Source: an uncultured Bifidobacterium sp. (GTDB lineage: Bacteria > Actinomycetota > Actinomycetes > Nanopelagicales > Nanopelagicaceae). From it: a DNA stretch of 64,000 bases. Below the pieces are notes generated by a model. The model was not told where the DNA came from. It searched no databases and saw only the letters and a list, made by a program, of their open reading frames with translations. Made by a program: the position numbers and the translations under genes. Below are positions 51,309-62,183 of this stretch, in pieces. The DNA is taken from assembly GCA_964567545.1 (NCBI GenBank), contig CAZMNB010000001.1:43763-107762 (forward strand), in the 5' to 3' direction. The stretch's first letter is position 1; every line of letters starts with the position of its first letter.

Positions 51309-51905
51309 CTATCGCTTTCCGGATTGAGAAAGGGCTAATTTCAAAAGTTCGCTCAATTCTGCGTTATTCGCGGTTTCGCCTAGTTCGCTCTTAACGCGCT
51401 CGATTGCAGAATCAGCTTCCTTGTTGGAATATCCAAGTCCAGTTAGAGCTCCGGTGAGCTGCTCGCTCCAGAGAATGGCTGATTTATCACGGCTTGCTCC
51501 CCAATTTTTCTTAACTTTATCTTTTAATTCTAGAACAAGGCGCTCCGCAACCTTTTTTCCGATTCCAGGGATCTTCTCCAACGCGCTGGAATTTCCGGAT
51601 GCAATTGCGCTTGAAATCTCCAAAGGAGGGAAAGCGGCTAATGCAGCTTGCGCGACCCTTGGGCCAATACCGGTAACCGTTTGTAAGAGATCGAAGAATT
51701 CACGATGCGAGGCATCAAGAAAACCATAGAGAGTTAAGGAATCTTCGCGCACTAACAATGATGTAAAAAGGAGTTGGTGGCTACCAACCTCACATTGAGT
51801 TGCGACAATGGGAGTGACTTGAACCTGTAATCCAACGCCACCAACTTCGATAATTACATAGTTAAGCGCAACGCTAACTATCTTTCCCGACAACGAAGAG
51901 ATCAT
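51309..51905 (-). CDS. ruvA: Holliday junction DNA helicase subunit RuvA
   Basis: 198 aa. MISSLSGK...GVG..V and the HhH pair ([25 protein letters not shown]) are present. Confidence 0.93.
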   Translation of the reverse strand: MISSLSGKIVSVALNYVIIEVGGVGLQVQVTPIVATQCEVGSHQLLFTSLLVREDSLTLYGFLDASHREFFDLLQTVTGIGPRVAQAALAAFPPLEISSAIASGNSSALEKIPGIGKKVAERLVLELKDKVKKNWGASRDKSAILWSEQLTGALTGLGYSNKEADSAIERVKSELGETANNAELSELLKLALSQSGKR

Positions 51906-52450
51906 TTACCCTTAACTTTCTTTAGCGCGTTGATCCGTAGCTTCTCTTTTTTCAATGCGGCAGCAACCCGAGAGTTTCCGCTCCCCCGCCAATGATGGCA
52001 AATAGCTAGCGCTAACGCATCAGTACTATCTACGGGTTGCGGAATACTTTTCAATTTGAGTAGTTTTTTAACCATTTCAGCCACTTGCTTCTTATCGGCG
52101 CGACCAGAACCAGATACTGCAGCTTTAACTTCGCTCGGTGTATGCATCGCAACTGGTATCCCTTTCCTGGCTGCGATTAAAAGCGCCACACCGGCAGCCT
52201 GCCCAGTAGCCATCGCAGTTTTAACATTCAACTGAGAAAAAACTCGCTCCACCGCAATCACATCTGGCTTAAATTCCACTATCCATTCAATAAGTTCAGT
52301 TTCAAGTTGTAGTAAACGCAGCTCAAGCGGGGCATCAACATTGGTTCGAATTACCCCAACACCGACCATCTGTAAATTTTGATAGTTCTCGCCGTCGACA
52401 ATTCCAATGCCGCACCTAGTTAGCCCTGGGTCTACGCCTAACACTCGCAT
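51902..52450 (-). CDS. ruvC: crossover junction endodeoxyribonuclease RuvC
   Basis: 182 aa. [20 protein letters not shown] and [12 protein letters not shown] are present. Confidence 0.93.
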   Translation of the reverse strand: MRVLGVDPGLTRCGIGIVDGENYQNLQMVGVGVIRTNVDAPLELRLLQLETELIEWIVEFKPDVIAVERVFSQLNVKTAMATGQAAGVALLIAARKGIPVAMHTPSEVKAAVSGSGRADKKQVAEMVKKLLKLKSIPQPVDSTDALALAICHHWRGSGNSRVAAALKKEKLRINALKKVKGK

Positions 52451-52480
52451 GAATTGAGCCTAATGTGCGTTAACGATTGC

Positions 52481-53242
52481 TCACTCCAGGCTCGCCATTA
52501 CTTCATCAGATACATCGAAATTCCCATATACATTTTGCACATCATCGAGATCTTCAATCGCCTCTATTAATTCAAAAACTTTCTTAGCTGCCACTGCGTC
52601 AAGTGGGATTGAAAGGGTAGGTAAAAAAGATGACTCTGCAGATTCGTACTCAACACCACTATGTTGCAGCGCTGTACGTACTGCCACTAAATCGCTGGGT
52701 TCGCAGAGAACTTCAAAAGATTCACCGAGGTCGTTAACCGCTTCTACTCCAGATTCAATAACTATTTCTAGTATGGAATCTTCGGTGAAAATCTTCGTAC
52801 CTTGAATCTTATTTACAATCACAACACCTTTCCGATTAAACATATAAGAAACCGAACCCGGATCAGCCATATTCCCGCCGTTGCGAGTAACGGCCACCCG
52901 TACCTCAGACGCTGCTCGGTTGCGATTATCTGATAAACATTCAATTAATAGCGCAACTCCGTTAGGACCATAACCTTCATACATTATTGTTTCCCAAGTC
53001 GCCGCACCAGCTTCTAAACCCGCACCTCGTTTTACTGCACGTTCAATATTGTCAGATGGCATTGAATTCTTCTTAGCTTTTGCAATTGCATCAAACAAAG
53101 TTGGGTTACCGGTTACATCAGGTCCCCCGGTACGCGCTGCCACTTCTATCGCTTTAATTAACTTGGCGAAATTTTTGGCGCGTCTAGAATCAATAATTGC
53201 TTTTTTATGTTTAGTGGTTGCCCATTTGGAATGACCGGACAT
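52481..53242 (-). CDS. YebC/PmpR-family DNA-binding transcriptional regulator
   Basis: 253 aa. [30 protein letters not shown] is the invariant family N-terminus. Confidence 0.94.
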   Translation of the reverse strand: MSGHSKWATTKHKKAIIDSRRAKNFAKLIKAIEVAARTGGPDVTGNPTLFDAIAKAKKNSMPSDNIERAVKRGAGLEAGAATWETIMYEGYGPNGVALLIECLSDNRNRAASEVRVAVTRNGGNMADPGSVSYMFNRKGVVIVNKIQGTKIFTEDSILEIVIESGVEAVNDLGESFEVLCEPSDLVAVRTALQHSGVEYESAESSFLPTLSIPLDAVAAKKVFELIEAIEDLDDVQNVYGNFDVSDEVMASLE

Positions 53243-53250
53243 ATGTTCTC

Positions 53251-53841
53251 CTATTGCACTTTCGCGCTTTGACAGACGGTATCAACAAAATACTTATGCA
53301 CCCGATTATCTCCGGTCAATTCTGGATGAAAAGATGTTGCAAAGATCGACCCTTGTGCAACCGCAACTGGGTGCCCTTTCATCTCAGCTAAAACTTGAAC
53401 ACCGATTCCAACTTTCTCAACCCAAGGTGCTCTGATAAAAACCGCTCGAATTGGGGCTTGAGTAGCTCCGATAAAATTCAAATCACTTTCGAAAGAATCA
53501 ATTTGGCGGCCAAAAGCATTTCGGCGAACTGTTACATCCAGCCCACCAAAAGTTTCTTGTCCCTTAATTGCATCTAATACTTCGTTTGCTAGAAGTATCA
53601 TTCCGGCACATGAACCATAAGTTGGCATGCCGTTTTTTATCCGAAGCGATATTTCATCAAAAATGCCGAAGGTACGCGCGAGTTTTGCAATTGTGGTCGA
53701 TTCACCACCAGGTATAACCAGCGCATCAACCCGTTCAAGTTCTGCAGGCCGTCGCACTAGCGTTGCTGAGACGCCACAATCACTTAACGACCGGGCATGT
53801 TCTCTAACATCACCTTGGAGTGCAAGAACTCCAATTTTCAC
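53251..53841 (-). CDS. pdxT: pyridoxal 5'-phosphate synthase glutaminase subunit PdxT
   Basis: 196 aa. [18 protein letters not shown]-like SCAGMILL and FHPE are present. It lies downstream of pdxS. Confidence 0.93.
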   Translation of the reverse strand: MKIGVLALQGDVREHARSLSDCGVSATLVRRPAELERVDALVIPGGESTTIAKLARTFGIFDEISLRIKNGMPTYGSCAGMILLANEVLDAIKGQETFGGLDVTVRRNAFGRQIDSFESDLNFIGATQAPIRAVFIRAPWVEKVGIGVQVLAEMKGHPVAVAQGSIFATSFHPELTGDNRVHKYFVDTVCQSAKVQ

Positions 53842-53844
53842 TTA

Positions 53845-54735
53845 TTACCAGCCTCGCTCCGCTAATCGATGTGGCACTGGAATATCGGCAACATTTATAC
53901 CAACCATTGCTTCACCTAAGCCACGTGAAACTTCTGCAATGACTTTTGGATCATCGTAGAAAGTAACGGCCTTAACAATTGCAGATGCGCGTTCTTCCGG
54001 ATTCCCAGATTTAAAGATTCCAGATCCAACGAATACTCCATCAGCACCTAGTTGCATCATCATTGCTGCATCAGCAGGAGTTGCAATACCACCTGCAGTG
54101 AAAAGGACTACCGGTAGTTTTCCGGTTGCTGCAATCTCTTTTACTAATTCGTAAGGCGCTTGCATCTCTTTAGCAGCTACATACAATTCATCCTCACGAA
54201 GCGAAGAAAGTCTGCGGATCTCCCCAGAAATTGCCCGCATATGTGTGGTTGCATTCGATACATCACCAGTACCAGCTTCACCTTTTGAGCGGATCATCGC
54301 GGCACCTTCATTTATGCGACGAAGTGCTTCGCCTAGATTTGTTGCACCGCAAACAAATGGAACTGTGAAATTCCATTTATCAATATGATTTGTGTAATCA
54401 GCTGGTGTCAAAACTTCGGATTCATCAATGTAATCCACACCGATGCTCTGTAAAATTTGCGCTTCCACAAAATGACCAATTCGCGCTTTAGCCATTACTG
54501 GAATTGAAACTTTAGCTTGAATTGCATCAATCATGTCCGGATCCGACATCCGAGAAACGCCACCTTGCGCACGAATATCTGCAGGTACTCGCTCGAGCGC
54601 CATAACCGCGACAGCTCCGGCATCTTCAGCGATCTTCGCTTGATCAGCGTTTACGACATCCATAATCACGCCGCCCTTTAGCATCTCTGCCATGCCGCGC
54701 TTAACTCGCGAGGTACCGGTGATATTTTCAGCCAT
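53845..54735 (-). CDS. pdxS: pyridoxal 5'-phosphate synthase lyase subunit PdxS
   Basis: 296 aa. [38 protein letters not shown] is canonical PdxS. Confidence 0.96.
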   Translation of the reverse strand: MAENITGTSRVKRGMAEMLKGGVIMDVVNADQAKIAEDAGAVAVMALERVPADIRAQGGVSRMSDPDMIDAIQAKVSIPVMAKARIGHFVEAQILQSIGVDYIDESEVLTPADYTNHIDKWNFTVPFVCGATNLGEALRRINEGAAMIRSKGEAGTGDVSNATTHMRAISGEIRRLSSLREDELYVAAKEMQAPYELVKEIAATGKLPVVLFTAGGIATPADAAMMMQLGADGVFVGSGIFKSGNPEERASAIVKAVTFYDDPKVIAEVSRGLGEAMVGINVADIPVPHRLAERGW

Positions 54736-54776
54736 TTTTCAAGCCTGCCTTCATAGTTAGTTATAGGTGGGTAAGT

Positions 54777-55805
54777 CTACTTTGTTGCAGCCGGTGACGC
54801 ACTCGCAGGATTTGGCGTTAAATAGGTGAATACCGGTTCCTGGTCAGTTAACGCGATCCAGATTTGTCCAGCCGCGAATGGCAAGTTTTCGCCATTTACT
54901 TGCAACCAGTTCGTCCCGGATTCCAGATCCATCCGATTCCAAGTAGCTTTGAATACTTTCCCGTCTCTCAAAACATATCCGTTGCCCGAGCCTACAGTTT
55001 CACTTAATGGAGTTACGCCACCAAACTTGTCACCATAGCTGGACGGGGAAATTTTCACTAATTGAATAACCAAAGTTGGAGGTCCAAGTTGCGCTCCGCT
55101 CGCTGCAAAATCTGGCAGATTATTGTGCGATAACAACCAACGAGATTCGCTTTCAGACCAAGTCGCTCCGTAAATTGCATTTGGCCAAGAGATTTTAACC
55201 TTTGATATTGCTTCGCCATTTTCTGGTGACTTACCAAATCTCCACCCCATTGACTTAGCTATAACTAAATCCTTTGCTTTTGCCATCAGCGGTGCGGTGT
55301 TTAAAATCATATTTGTTGGCGCACTTCGATTTGGATCACGATAGTAAATAGTTGGAGAGTTACGTTCAGCGCCGAGATCTGCGATATTTGCCGCCGCAAT
55401 TACCGGATGCATTTTAGATTGCGCTCCACTGTAGGCAAGTCCAACCCGACCATACTGAGCTAGTAAATCAATATCACTAATTCGCACCGAACGGATTGGA
55501 CCAATATCTTTTGGAATTTTCGCAGAAAAGATGGCTAACAATCTGGTTAACCCAGCTTCAACTTGCTCAATGTAAATAACATCGGCAAATTCCAATCCTA
55601 CTTGCGGGTGAGCCGGATTCGTGTCATCAATTTTTACTGCCAAAACCGGACCATTGATTCCAGGCATGCCAGTAAATAAATTAAGTTGGATTTTTTTCGG
55701 TCTAATCTTTGCAACTTGTTCGGATAAAGCGCCACAACTAGAAAGAATTGAAATCAAAACGATGCTTATCGAAATTGCTGAAGATAGCGTTCTAGCCTTT
55801 TTCAT
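54777..55805 (-). CDS. DUF3048 (YerB-like) lipoprotein
   Basis: The signal peptide and lipobox are ISILSS-C. PVLAVKIDDTNPAHPQVGLEFADVIYIEQVEAGLTRLLAIF matches the DUF3048 N-domain block I remember from B. subtilis YerB. Confidence 0.7.
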   Translation of the reverse strand: MKKARTLSSAISISIVLISILSSCGALSEQVAKIRPKKIQLNLFTGMPGINGPVLAVKIDDTNPAHPQVGLEFADVIYIEQVEAGLTRLLAIFSAKIPKDIGPIRSVRISDIDLLAQYGRVGLAYSGAQSKMHPVIAAANIADLGAERNSPTIYYRDPNRSAPTNMILNTAPLMAKAKDLVIAKSMGWRFGKSPENGEAISKVKISWPNAIYGATWSESESRWLLSHNNLPDFAASGAQLGPPTLVIQLVKISPSSYGDKFGGVTPLSETVGSGNGYVLRDGKVFKATWNRMDLESGTNWLQVNGENLPFAAGQIWIALTDQEPVFTYLTPNPASASPAATK

Positions 55806-56338
55806 AACACGTCATCTTCAAATGCAAACCGAATCGGAAGTGGAGCGCTGCCCGCTAATCGAAATACCCGGAAAACTAACTTCTCGCGCAGCGATCTAGT
55901 CGCCGCCACTGCTTCCACGTGAATGGCGATAGCTACCCGTACCCGCTCAGTAACATCTGCTAATTTCTCAAAAATCTCTGGGTGCAATTCCGGCAAATCA
56001 CTTTCGCGTTGTAATAGATGCAAAGTTCCAGATAAACCGCTCTCTTGATCGCTTCGCTCAAAAATTTGCGCCTCTCTAGCCCCATATGCCGCCCCAGTTA
56101 AAATCAAATTTGTTGCTGGATCAATCTCCGGCAAATGCGCTATCTCTAAAGCGATTGCAGCACGTCGCTGCAAGGTGGCATCCAGATTTGCCCAAGAGGT
56201 TTCAACTCGATGATGTAATCGATCCAGCCGAGTCGCTGAAAACGAGAGATACCAAGCGATTATCAACAGAATTGCTAATAGCGCTAATAAGATTTTCACC
56301 GCTATTGCCCACCTTCTCGGGAAAACAATCGATTCCAA
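55802..56338 (-). CDS. single-pass membrane protein of unknown function (weak LemA-like N-terminal similarity)
   Basis: 178 aa with one N-terminal TM segment. LDRLHHRVETSWANLDATLQRRAAIA resembles the LemA helix (L..L.N.V...W..I...L.RR). An alternative GTG start at 56299 lies 2 nt after the pimA stop and is preceded by GAAGGTGG. The function is not recognised. Confidence 0.5.
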   Translation of the reverse strand: MESIVFPRRWAIAVKILLALLAILLIIAWYLSFSATRLDRLHHRVETSWANLDATLQRRAAIALEIAHLPEIDPATNLILTGAAYGAREAQIFERSDQESGLSGTLHLLQRESDLPELHPEIFEKLADVTERVRVAIAIHVEAVAATRSLREKLVFRVFRLAGSAPLPIRFAFEDDVL

Positions 56339-57501
56339 CTCCGATGTTCAGAGACCAATCCCACTTTGCCACCACCGGTTAACGCCATTGAATAAACATC
56401 CATAATCTGTTCTGCCACTTGGTTCCAGTCAAAACGTTCTGCTGATCTTGAACCGATATTCGCAAGATCTTTACGTTTACTCTGATCACGTAACAAATCA
56501 ATTACAACCTTCGCAAGGTCGGTAGAGCTCTCTGATTCGAAAAGTGCACCAAATTCGCCACCGTTTAATAGATTTCTAAAAGCCGGAATATCGCTAGCAA
56601 CTATTGCAGTTTGCGCCGCAAGAGCTTCGGTGAGGATTATTCCAAAAGATTCGCCCCCCGTATTTGGAGCCACATAAAGATCTACAGATTTCAATAACTG
56701 CGCTTTTTCCGGTTCACTGACCCGTCCCAAGAACGTCAATTTATTTCGAAGTTGTGCATTAACTGTTTTTGTAATTTCCACACTCTCCCCAGGTCCAGCA
56801 ATTAGTACTTTAACATCTGGAATAAACCGGGAAATAATTGGCAGTGCATCTAATAGAACTTGTAACCCCTTTCGAGGTTCCTCAAACCGACCAATAAATC
56901 CGATTGAATTTGGCTGCTGCCACTCGAGTTTGGGGGTTGCGGCGGCAAAAAAATTCACATCAATACCATTCGGTATCACCACCGCATCGGTTTCTAAATG
57001 AATCGTTAGGGTTTCGCGCGCAATCTCACTGACGGCGATTCGAGCGCTCAGTTTTTCGATTACTGGTTCTAAGAATGGGCTAATTGCAAAAGCCACCTTC
57101 TGTTTTGGTGCTGCCGCATGAAAAGTTCCAACCATTGGACCTTCGCCTAACCAGCAAGCCAAAAGAGATAGTGATGGGATCGCCGGCTCGTGTAGATGTA
57201 AAACATCGAAATTGCCTTGCGATATCCACTGCCGAACTCGCGATGCCGCAACTGGACCAAAAAGAACTCTGGCAACCGCTCCGTTATATGGAATAGCTAT
57301 TGGACGTCCAGCCGGTATCACAAAGTCATCTAGCGATCCATCTTCATGGCTAACTGGCGCTAAAACTGAAACGTAATGTCCTTGTGCAATGTAGTACTTA
57401 GCTAAATCCTTGATGTGAGCTTGTACGCCGCCCGGGGTATCCCATCCGTATGGTGAAACCATGCCGATTCTGAGCGCTGAATTTTTTGGGGAGTAAACCA
57501 T
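56302..57501 (-). CDS. pimA: GT4 phosphatidyl-myo-inositol alpha-mannosyltransferase (PimA type)
   Basis: 399 aa. The N-terminus LRIGMVSPYGWDTPGGVQAHIKDLA parallels mycobacterial PimA MRIGMICPYSFDVPGGVQSHV. The GT-B E(x7)E region (GESFGIILTEALAA) is present. The pgsA1-patA-pimA operon order is conserved. Confidence 0.85.
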   Translation of the reverse strand: MVYSPKNSALRIGMVSPYGWDTPGGVQAHIKDLAKYYIAQGHYVSVLAPVSHEDGSLDDFVIPAGRPIAIPYNGAVARVLFGPVAASRVRQWISQGNFDVLHLHEPAIPSLSLLACWLGEGPMVGTFHAAAPKQKVAFAISPFLEPVIEKLSARIAVSEIARETLTIHLETDAVVIPNGIDVNFFAAATPKLEWQQPNSIGFIGRFEEPRKGLQVLLDALPIISRFIPDVKVLIAGPGESVEITKTVNAQLRNKLTFLGRVSEPEKAQLLKSVDLYVAPNTGGESFGIILTEALAAQTAIVASDIPAFRNLLNGGEFGALFESESSTDLAKVVIDLLRDQSKRKDLANIGSRSAERFDWNQVAEQIMDVYSMALTGGGKVGLVSEHRSWNRLFSREGGQ

Positions 57502-57503
57502 GG

Positions 57504-58391
57504 CTATGCCCGCTCTACAAAATCTCGGTCAACCCAAATTCGTTGCAACATATGCCAATCCTGCGGGAATTGCGCGATGTTTTTTGCAAACCGATCCGCA
57601 CAAATCTGGGTCATTTGATTGATTTTAGATTCTTTCGAACCTTCCGATGGAACTGGTATTGGTTCTTGAAATTCAATTCGGATTCCAATCGATGTATAAG
57701 AAACAAATGCCGTTATCAACGGTGCGCCAGTTTGAATCGCAAGCGCAGCTGGCCCGCCCGGCATTCTTGCGACCCCATCAAAAAATTTTACGGTAACTCC
57801 AGATTTAGAGAGGTCACGATCAGCTACGAGCGCAACTAGTTTTCCGCTCCGCAATCTTTGCGCCAAAGTTGCAGTAACTCGGGAATCCAAATCTAACGCT
57901 TCCATACCCATTTTTTCCCGGTGCGCTAAAAACCGATTGAAAAGACGCTCGGGTTTGAGATGTTCTACGACCGTCGTTAATGAAAGCCCTTGAGCGCAGA
58001 AATAAGCGCCGGCGTGATCCCAATTACCCGCATGTGGTAGCGAAACTATCAACCCATTACCGAGCGCAAGTGAATCAAAAAAATATTTATCGTTTACAGT
58101 TTCCACAGTTTTTAGAATTTGGGCATCGCCCCAATCCGTGAATCTAAAAGTGTCAATCCAGTATCTTAGATACGAACGCATGCTCTGCTTTAACAACAGC
58201 GCCATTTCGGTATCGTTGTATTCTGGTTTCACCCGTTGCAAATTTGACCGCAATCTCTTAGCGTTCTTACCGTTTTTCTTCCGCGCTATATCAGCAACGA
58301 TATTTCCTAAATTATACGCAGCGCTACTTGGTAAAATTCGTAGAACCCGCCAACAAGTTGCGTACATCAAATAATTGAGTTGATCTATCAT
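57504..58391 (-). CDS. patA: phosphatidylinositol mannoside acyltransferase (PatA; LpxL/HtrB-family)
   Basis: 295 aa lauroyl/myristoyl-acyltransferase family protein with an HAGNWD (HX4D-type) motif. It lies between pgsA1 and pimA, as in Mycobacterium. Confidence 0.8.
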   Translation of the reverse strand: MIDQLNYLMYATCWRVLRILPSSAAYNLGNIVADIARKKNGKNAKRLRSNLQRVKPEYNDTEMALLLKQSMRSYLRYWIDTFRFTDWGDAQILKTVETVNDKYFFDSLALGNGLIVSLPHAGNWDHAGAYFCAQGLSLTTVVEHLKPERLFNRFLAHREKMGMEALDLDSRVTATLAQRLRSGKLVALVADRDLSKSGVTVKFFDGVARMPGGPAALAIQTGAPLITAFVSYTSIGIRIEFQEPIPVPSEGSKESKINQMTQICADRFAKNIAQFPQDWHMLQRIWVDRDFVERA

Positions 58392-58993
58392 TGCGCGGCC
58401 TTAAAAACAATAACTAGACGTTGTGCGACCGTAATCAAACTAAGAATTGTTAAGATCCAAATACTCGATGCCAGCGCAAATGGGACTCCTAGCCCATGCA
58501 ATCCAATTCCCAGGAGTGCAATAATCAAACGTTCAGTTCGTTCTGCGATTCCTCCCTCGCATGAAATATCTAGCGATTCAGCTCGAGCTTTTACATATGA
58601 AACCAACAGGCCAGAAAGTAGCGCGGCTAGAGTTGGTATAAAAAGTGAGTCTGAATTTCGTTGCAAATAGATTATCAAACCAATCAAAATCGCTGAATCT
58701 GCGATTCGGTCACAAGTTGAATCTAGAAGTGAACCCCATTTGCTACCACCAGATTTAGAGAGCCGGGCCATCGTGCCATCAAAAAGATCGCTTAATGAAA
58801 ATACTGATATTGCAATTGTTCCCCAAAAGAAATGTCCATTTGAGTATGCCAATACTGCAGTTAATGTAACCAAAAACGAACCTGTCGCAGTTACCAAATT
58901 TGGAGTTAGCCCAATTTTTAAGGCAAACCGACAGGCAGGGGTAATCAACCTAGTGACTGGCGCCTTAAATGGGATCTGTAACATCGTTCCCAT
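58388..58993 (-). CDS. pgsA1: CDP-alcohol phosphatidyltransferase, phosphatidylinositol-phosphate synthase (PgsA1 type)
   Basis: The CDP-alcohol motif DLFDGTMAR...G..LDSTCDRIAD is present. Alignment by eye to mycobacterial PgsA1 starts at M(GT)MLQIPFKAP, so the start is at 58993 or 58984. The ORF in the track extends to 59137, and I treat that part as a spurious extension. Confidence 0.82.
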   Translation of the reverse strand: MGTMLQIPFKAPVTRLITPACRFALKIGLTPNLVTATGSFLVTLTAVLAYSNGHFFWGTIAISVFSLSDLFDGTMARLSKSGGSKWGSLLDSTCDRIADSAILIGLIIYLQRNSDSLFIPTLAALLSGLLVSYVKARAESLDISCEGGIAERTERLIIALLGIGLHGLGVPFALASSIWILTILSLITVAQRLVIVFKAAQ

Positions 58994-59008
58994 CGTAGGC
59001 TGACCCGT

Positions 59009-59626
59009 ATGAGTATCCCAATTAACCCGCATATTTCCGTGGTCACAATCGGAATCTCCAGCGCCATCCCAATAGATTTCTATCGCACCATCCAGGTTGC
59101 GGGCACTCAGATATCTACCGAAGCCGAGGTTTCGCACTCAAAAATCTCGGGAGCTTCGCTTGCCATATTCATCATCGATGCCCAGATTGGTATCGATAAG
59201 AATTTAGTTGATTACTGGGATGAATGTCGAGCGCGGCAACTTCCACGTTTAATCCTGGTCGCCGGGCTATCGGAAGGTGAGATTGATTTCGATGACATAG
59301 TACTAATCGCAAATAGAATTTTAGACCCAGTAGTTACTCCATATTTAGTTTTACATGGCGAAGACGGTAAACCCAATGGCGTGATAAATATCGAAACTTC
59401 ACAAACCTATGACTATTCGCAAACACCGCCCAAAGTCGAGATGGCTGGTGCGGATTTAAGGAATTTGGTATCGGAATTTGCGGTTGAATATCTAGAACAA
59501 CTTGAAGAGTTTGGCAGCGCCGGATTTATCGATGGCTTAGTCTTTCCTTGCATTCCATATATTCCAGCTTTGGGTATTGGATTAAACGAAGCGCGTAGTT
59601 ACATCGATCTCATTCCCAAGCTTTAG
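59009..59626 (+). CDS. stand-alone EF-G-like G domain with degenerate nucleotide-binding motifs (possible gene remnant)
   Basis: 205 aa (195 aa if it starts at the GTG at 59039). It is collinear by eye with EF-G domain I: VVTIGISSAIPIDFYRTIQVAG against NIGI.AHIDAGKTT.TE.IL..TG; AIFIIDAQIGIDKNLVDYWDECRARQLPRLILVAGLSEGEIDFDDIVLIANRIL against A.VV.DA..GVEPQSE.VWRQA.KY.VPRI.F.NKMD..GADF...V..I..RL; and the C-terminus IGLNEARSYIDLIPKL against GVQ.LLDAVVDYLPSP. The P-loop, DxxG and NKxD motifs are all lost, and the ORF ends where domain II would begin. Confidence 0.5.
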   Translation: MSIPINPHISVVTIGISSAIPIDFYRTIQVAGTQISTEAEVSHSKISGASLAIFIIDAQIGIDKNLVDYWDECRARQLPRLILVAGLSEGEIDFDDIVLIANRILDPVVTPYLVLHGEDGKPNGVINIETSQTYDYSQTPPKVEMAGADLRNLVSEFAVEYLEQLEEFGSAGFIDGLVFPCIPYIPALGIGLNEARSYIDLIPKL

Positions 59627-60155
59627 CTAACTCATCTCTGGTTGTAGAAAGTAATTGCGGTAGCACTTTAGTCTGGCTAATAATTGGCATAAAATTAGCA
59701 TCGCCGGCCCAACGTGGCACCACATGCTGATGTAAATGTTCGGCGACACCCGCACCAGATATTGCACCTTGGTTCATCCCTAAATTAAAACCTGGGCAAT
59801 TAGAAACTTTTCGTAACACCGCCATTGCCTTCGCCGTAAATTCGCTAATCTCGTTACGTTCTGTGACCGTTAAATCAGTTAAATCCGCAACATGGCGGTT
59901 CGCACAGATCAACAAATGACCGGCGTTATATGGATATAGATTCATAACCGCATAAACCTCGTGACCTCGCGCAACTATTAACGCATCGGCATCATCCATC
60001 TTTGGAATTTCACAGAACGGGCATTTAACGCCATTCCCATCTAGGGGGCGATTCTCACCAGTTAGATATGCCATCCGGTGTGGCGCCCAGATCCGCTGCC
60101 AACGATCTGGCATTCCGGCCCCACCTGTTAATTGGTTATTGACCATAAATGGCAA
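59610..60155 (-). CDS. HIT-family protein (Ap4A phosphorylase / GalT-branch, Rv2613c-like)
   Basis: 181 aa. The histidine triad HLHQHVVPRWAGD and the block NLYPYNAGHLL are present. It lies immediately downstream of thrS, as in mycobacteria. Confidence 0.85.
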   Translation of the reverse strand: MPFMVNNQLTGGAGMPDRWQRIWAPHRMAYLTGENRPLDGNGVKCPFCEIPKMDDADALIVARGHEVYAVMNLYPYNAGHLLICANRHVADLTDLTVTERNEISEFTAKAMAVLRKVSNCPGFNLGMNQGAISGAGVAEHLHQHVVPRWAGDANFMPIISQTKVLPQLLSTTRDELAKAWE

Positions 60156-62183
60156 TCAAACTTGAGCACGTTCAGTTACAGTTTTAATAATTTCAGCAAT
60201 TGCATCGGCGATCGCAATTCCATTCTTCTGTTCACCATTTCGATACCTAAATGAAACTGCGTTAGCAGCCAGATCCTCCTCGCCAGCGATAATCATGAAT
60301 GGAATCTTTTCAGTCTGCGCATTTCTAATCTTCTTCTGCATCCGATCATCAGATGCATCAATTTCAGCCCGAATACCTGATTTACGCATCTGGTTTACAA
60401 CTTTATCTAAATAAGGAATATAAATATCAGCTACTGGAATAGCTCGAACTTGGACCGGAGCTAACCACGGTGGGAAAGCGCCCGCGTAATGTTCGGTCAA
60501 GACACCAAAAAATCTTTCAATCGATCCAAAGAGCGCACGATGGATCATCACTGGACGCTTTTTGCTGCCATCTGCAGCGGTGTATTCGAGCTCAAATCTT
60601 TGCGGTAATTGGAAATCCACCTGGATCGTCGACATCTGCCAAGTCCGGCCGATCGCATCCTTTGCTTGTACCGATATTTTTGGACCATAAAAAGCAGCTC
60701 CACCTTTATCTAAAACCAATTCTAGATTTTGCTTTTCAGCAGCCTGTCGCAAAGATTCGGTTGCTTCATCCCAATCCTTATCTTCACCGACAAATTTAGT
60801 TTCATTCTTGGTGGAAAGTTCTAAGTAGAAGTCATTAAGACCATAATCGCGCAAAAGATTTAGTACGAAAGTTAATAAACTATCTAACTCGCCAGCCATT
60901 TGATCCGAAGTACAGTAAATGTGCGCATCATCTTGGGTGAAACCACGTGCTCTCGTAATCCCATGAATTACTCCAGATTTTTCATACCTATATACGGTCC
61001 CAAATTCAAAGAGCCGCAATGGTAATTCTCGATACGAACGGCCGCGGGATGCATAAATCAAGTTATGGAACGGACAATTCATGGGCTTCATGTAGTACTG
61101 CTGTCCTTGTTTTTTAATGGTGCCATCCGCGTGGAACTCTTCATCCATAATCATGGGCGGGTACATACCATCGGCGTACCACTGCAAATGACCGGATTTT
61201 TCAAATAGCGCTGCTTTAGTTAAATGTGGTGAATATACAAACTCGTAACCTTCAACTTCATGACGGTGTCGCGAATAATCCTCCATCGCTCTTCGTACAA
61301 TGCCACCTTTGGGATGAAAAACTGCCAGCCCAGATCCGATTTCTTCCGGAAATGAAAATAGATCAAGTTCTGCGCCTAGCTTTCGATGATCGCGCTTTTC
61401 CGCCTCTGCCAACATTAGTAGATAAGCATCCAGTGCTTGCTGCGATGGCCAAGCCGTTCCGTAAATTCTTTGTAGCATTGGATTTTTCTCAGAGCCACGC
61501 CAATAAGCGCCGGCGCTGCGCATTAATTTAAATGCTGGGATAAATTTTGTTGATGGCAGATGTGGGCCTCGGCATAAATCGCTCCACACTGGTTGACCAT
61601 CTCGACCTAAATTGTCGTAAATAGTCAACTCCCCTGCACCCACTTCAACATCTGCGCCATCATCAGTAGCGCTAGATTTCAATTTAATTAATTCGCATTT
61701 ATAAGGCTCACTACTTAATTCCAAAAGTGCATCAGCATCTGTAGTTACGCGACGCCGAAAACGTTGACCATCCTTTACGATTTTCTTCATCGCTTTTTCC
61801 AGCAGCTCTAAATCGGTTGGTGTAAAAGGGCGTTCAGGGTCGAAGTCATAGTAGAAACCATCGGTAATTGGTGGACCAATTCCTAATCTGGTCTGCGCAA
61901 ATGTATTTTGAACTGCTTGAGCTAAAACATGTGCCGTTGAGTGTCTTAAAACCATTAAACCCTCTGGAGAATTTATGGAAATTCCCTCAACGATATCGCC
62001 AGCTTTCACATCACTCCATAAATCCTTTAATTGCCCATTAACCTTGCAGACTACAACCGCTTCTGGGCCAATCGCGGTTCTATCGCCTTTTTGGTCGGCG
62101 AAAATCTGGGTGACTTTTTGATCAGATGCGACCCTTAATAGCGCGCCATCAACAGTAATCTCAATAATCTCGGCGCTTGGCAT
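60156..62183 (-). CDS. thrS: threonine--tRNA ligase
   Basis: 675 aa. TGS, editing ([10 protein letters not shown]) and class II catalytic (FRRR...HEFTQDD-like [10 protein letters not shown]) domains are present, with an anticodon-binding domain. Confidence 0.97.
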   Translation of the reverse strand: MPSAEIIEITVDGALLRVASDQKVTQIFADQKGDRTAIGPEAVVVCKVNGQLKDLWSDVKAGDIVEGISINSPEGLMVLRHSTAHVLAQAVQNTFAQTRLGIGPPITDGFYYDFDPERPFTPTDLELLEKAMKKIVKDGQRFRRRVTTDADALLELSSEPYKCELIKLKSSATDDGADVEVGAGELTIYDNLGRDGQPVWSDLCRGPHLPSTKFIPAFKLMRSAGAYWRGSEKNPMLQRIYGTAWPSQQALDAYLLMLAEAEKRDHRKLGAELDLFSFPEEIGSGLAVFHPKGGIVRRAMEDYSRHRHEVEGYEFVYSPHLTKAALFEKSGHLQWYADGMYPPMIMDEEFHADGTIKKQGQQYYMKPMNCPFHNLIYASRGRSYRELPLRLFEFGTVYRYEKSGVIHGITRARGFTQDDAHIYCTSDQMAGELDSLLTFVLNLLRDYGLNDFYLELSTKNETKFVGEDKDWDEATESLRQAAEKQNLELVLDKGGAAFYGPKISVQAKDAIGRTWQMSTIQVDFQLPQRFELEYTAADGSKKRPVMIHRALFGSIERFFGVLTEHYAGAFPPWLAPVQVRAIPVADIYIPYLDKVVNQMRKSGIRAEIDASDDRMQKKIRNAQTEKIPFMIIAGEEDLAANAVSFRYRNGEQKNGIAIADAIAEIIKTVTERAQV

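Noticed and set aside
58994-59137. 48-codon N-terminal extension of the pgsA1 ORF (MRNLGFGRYLSARNL...)
   Set aside because: Alignment by eye with mycobacterial PgsA1 begins at MLQIPFKAP. The extension is non-hydrophobic, has no counterpart, and would overlap the EF-G-like ORF on the other strand.
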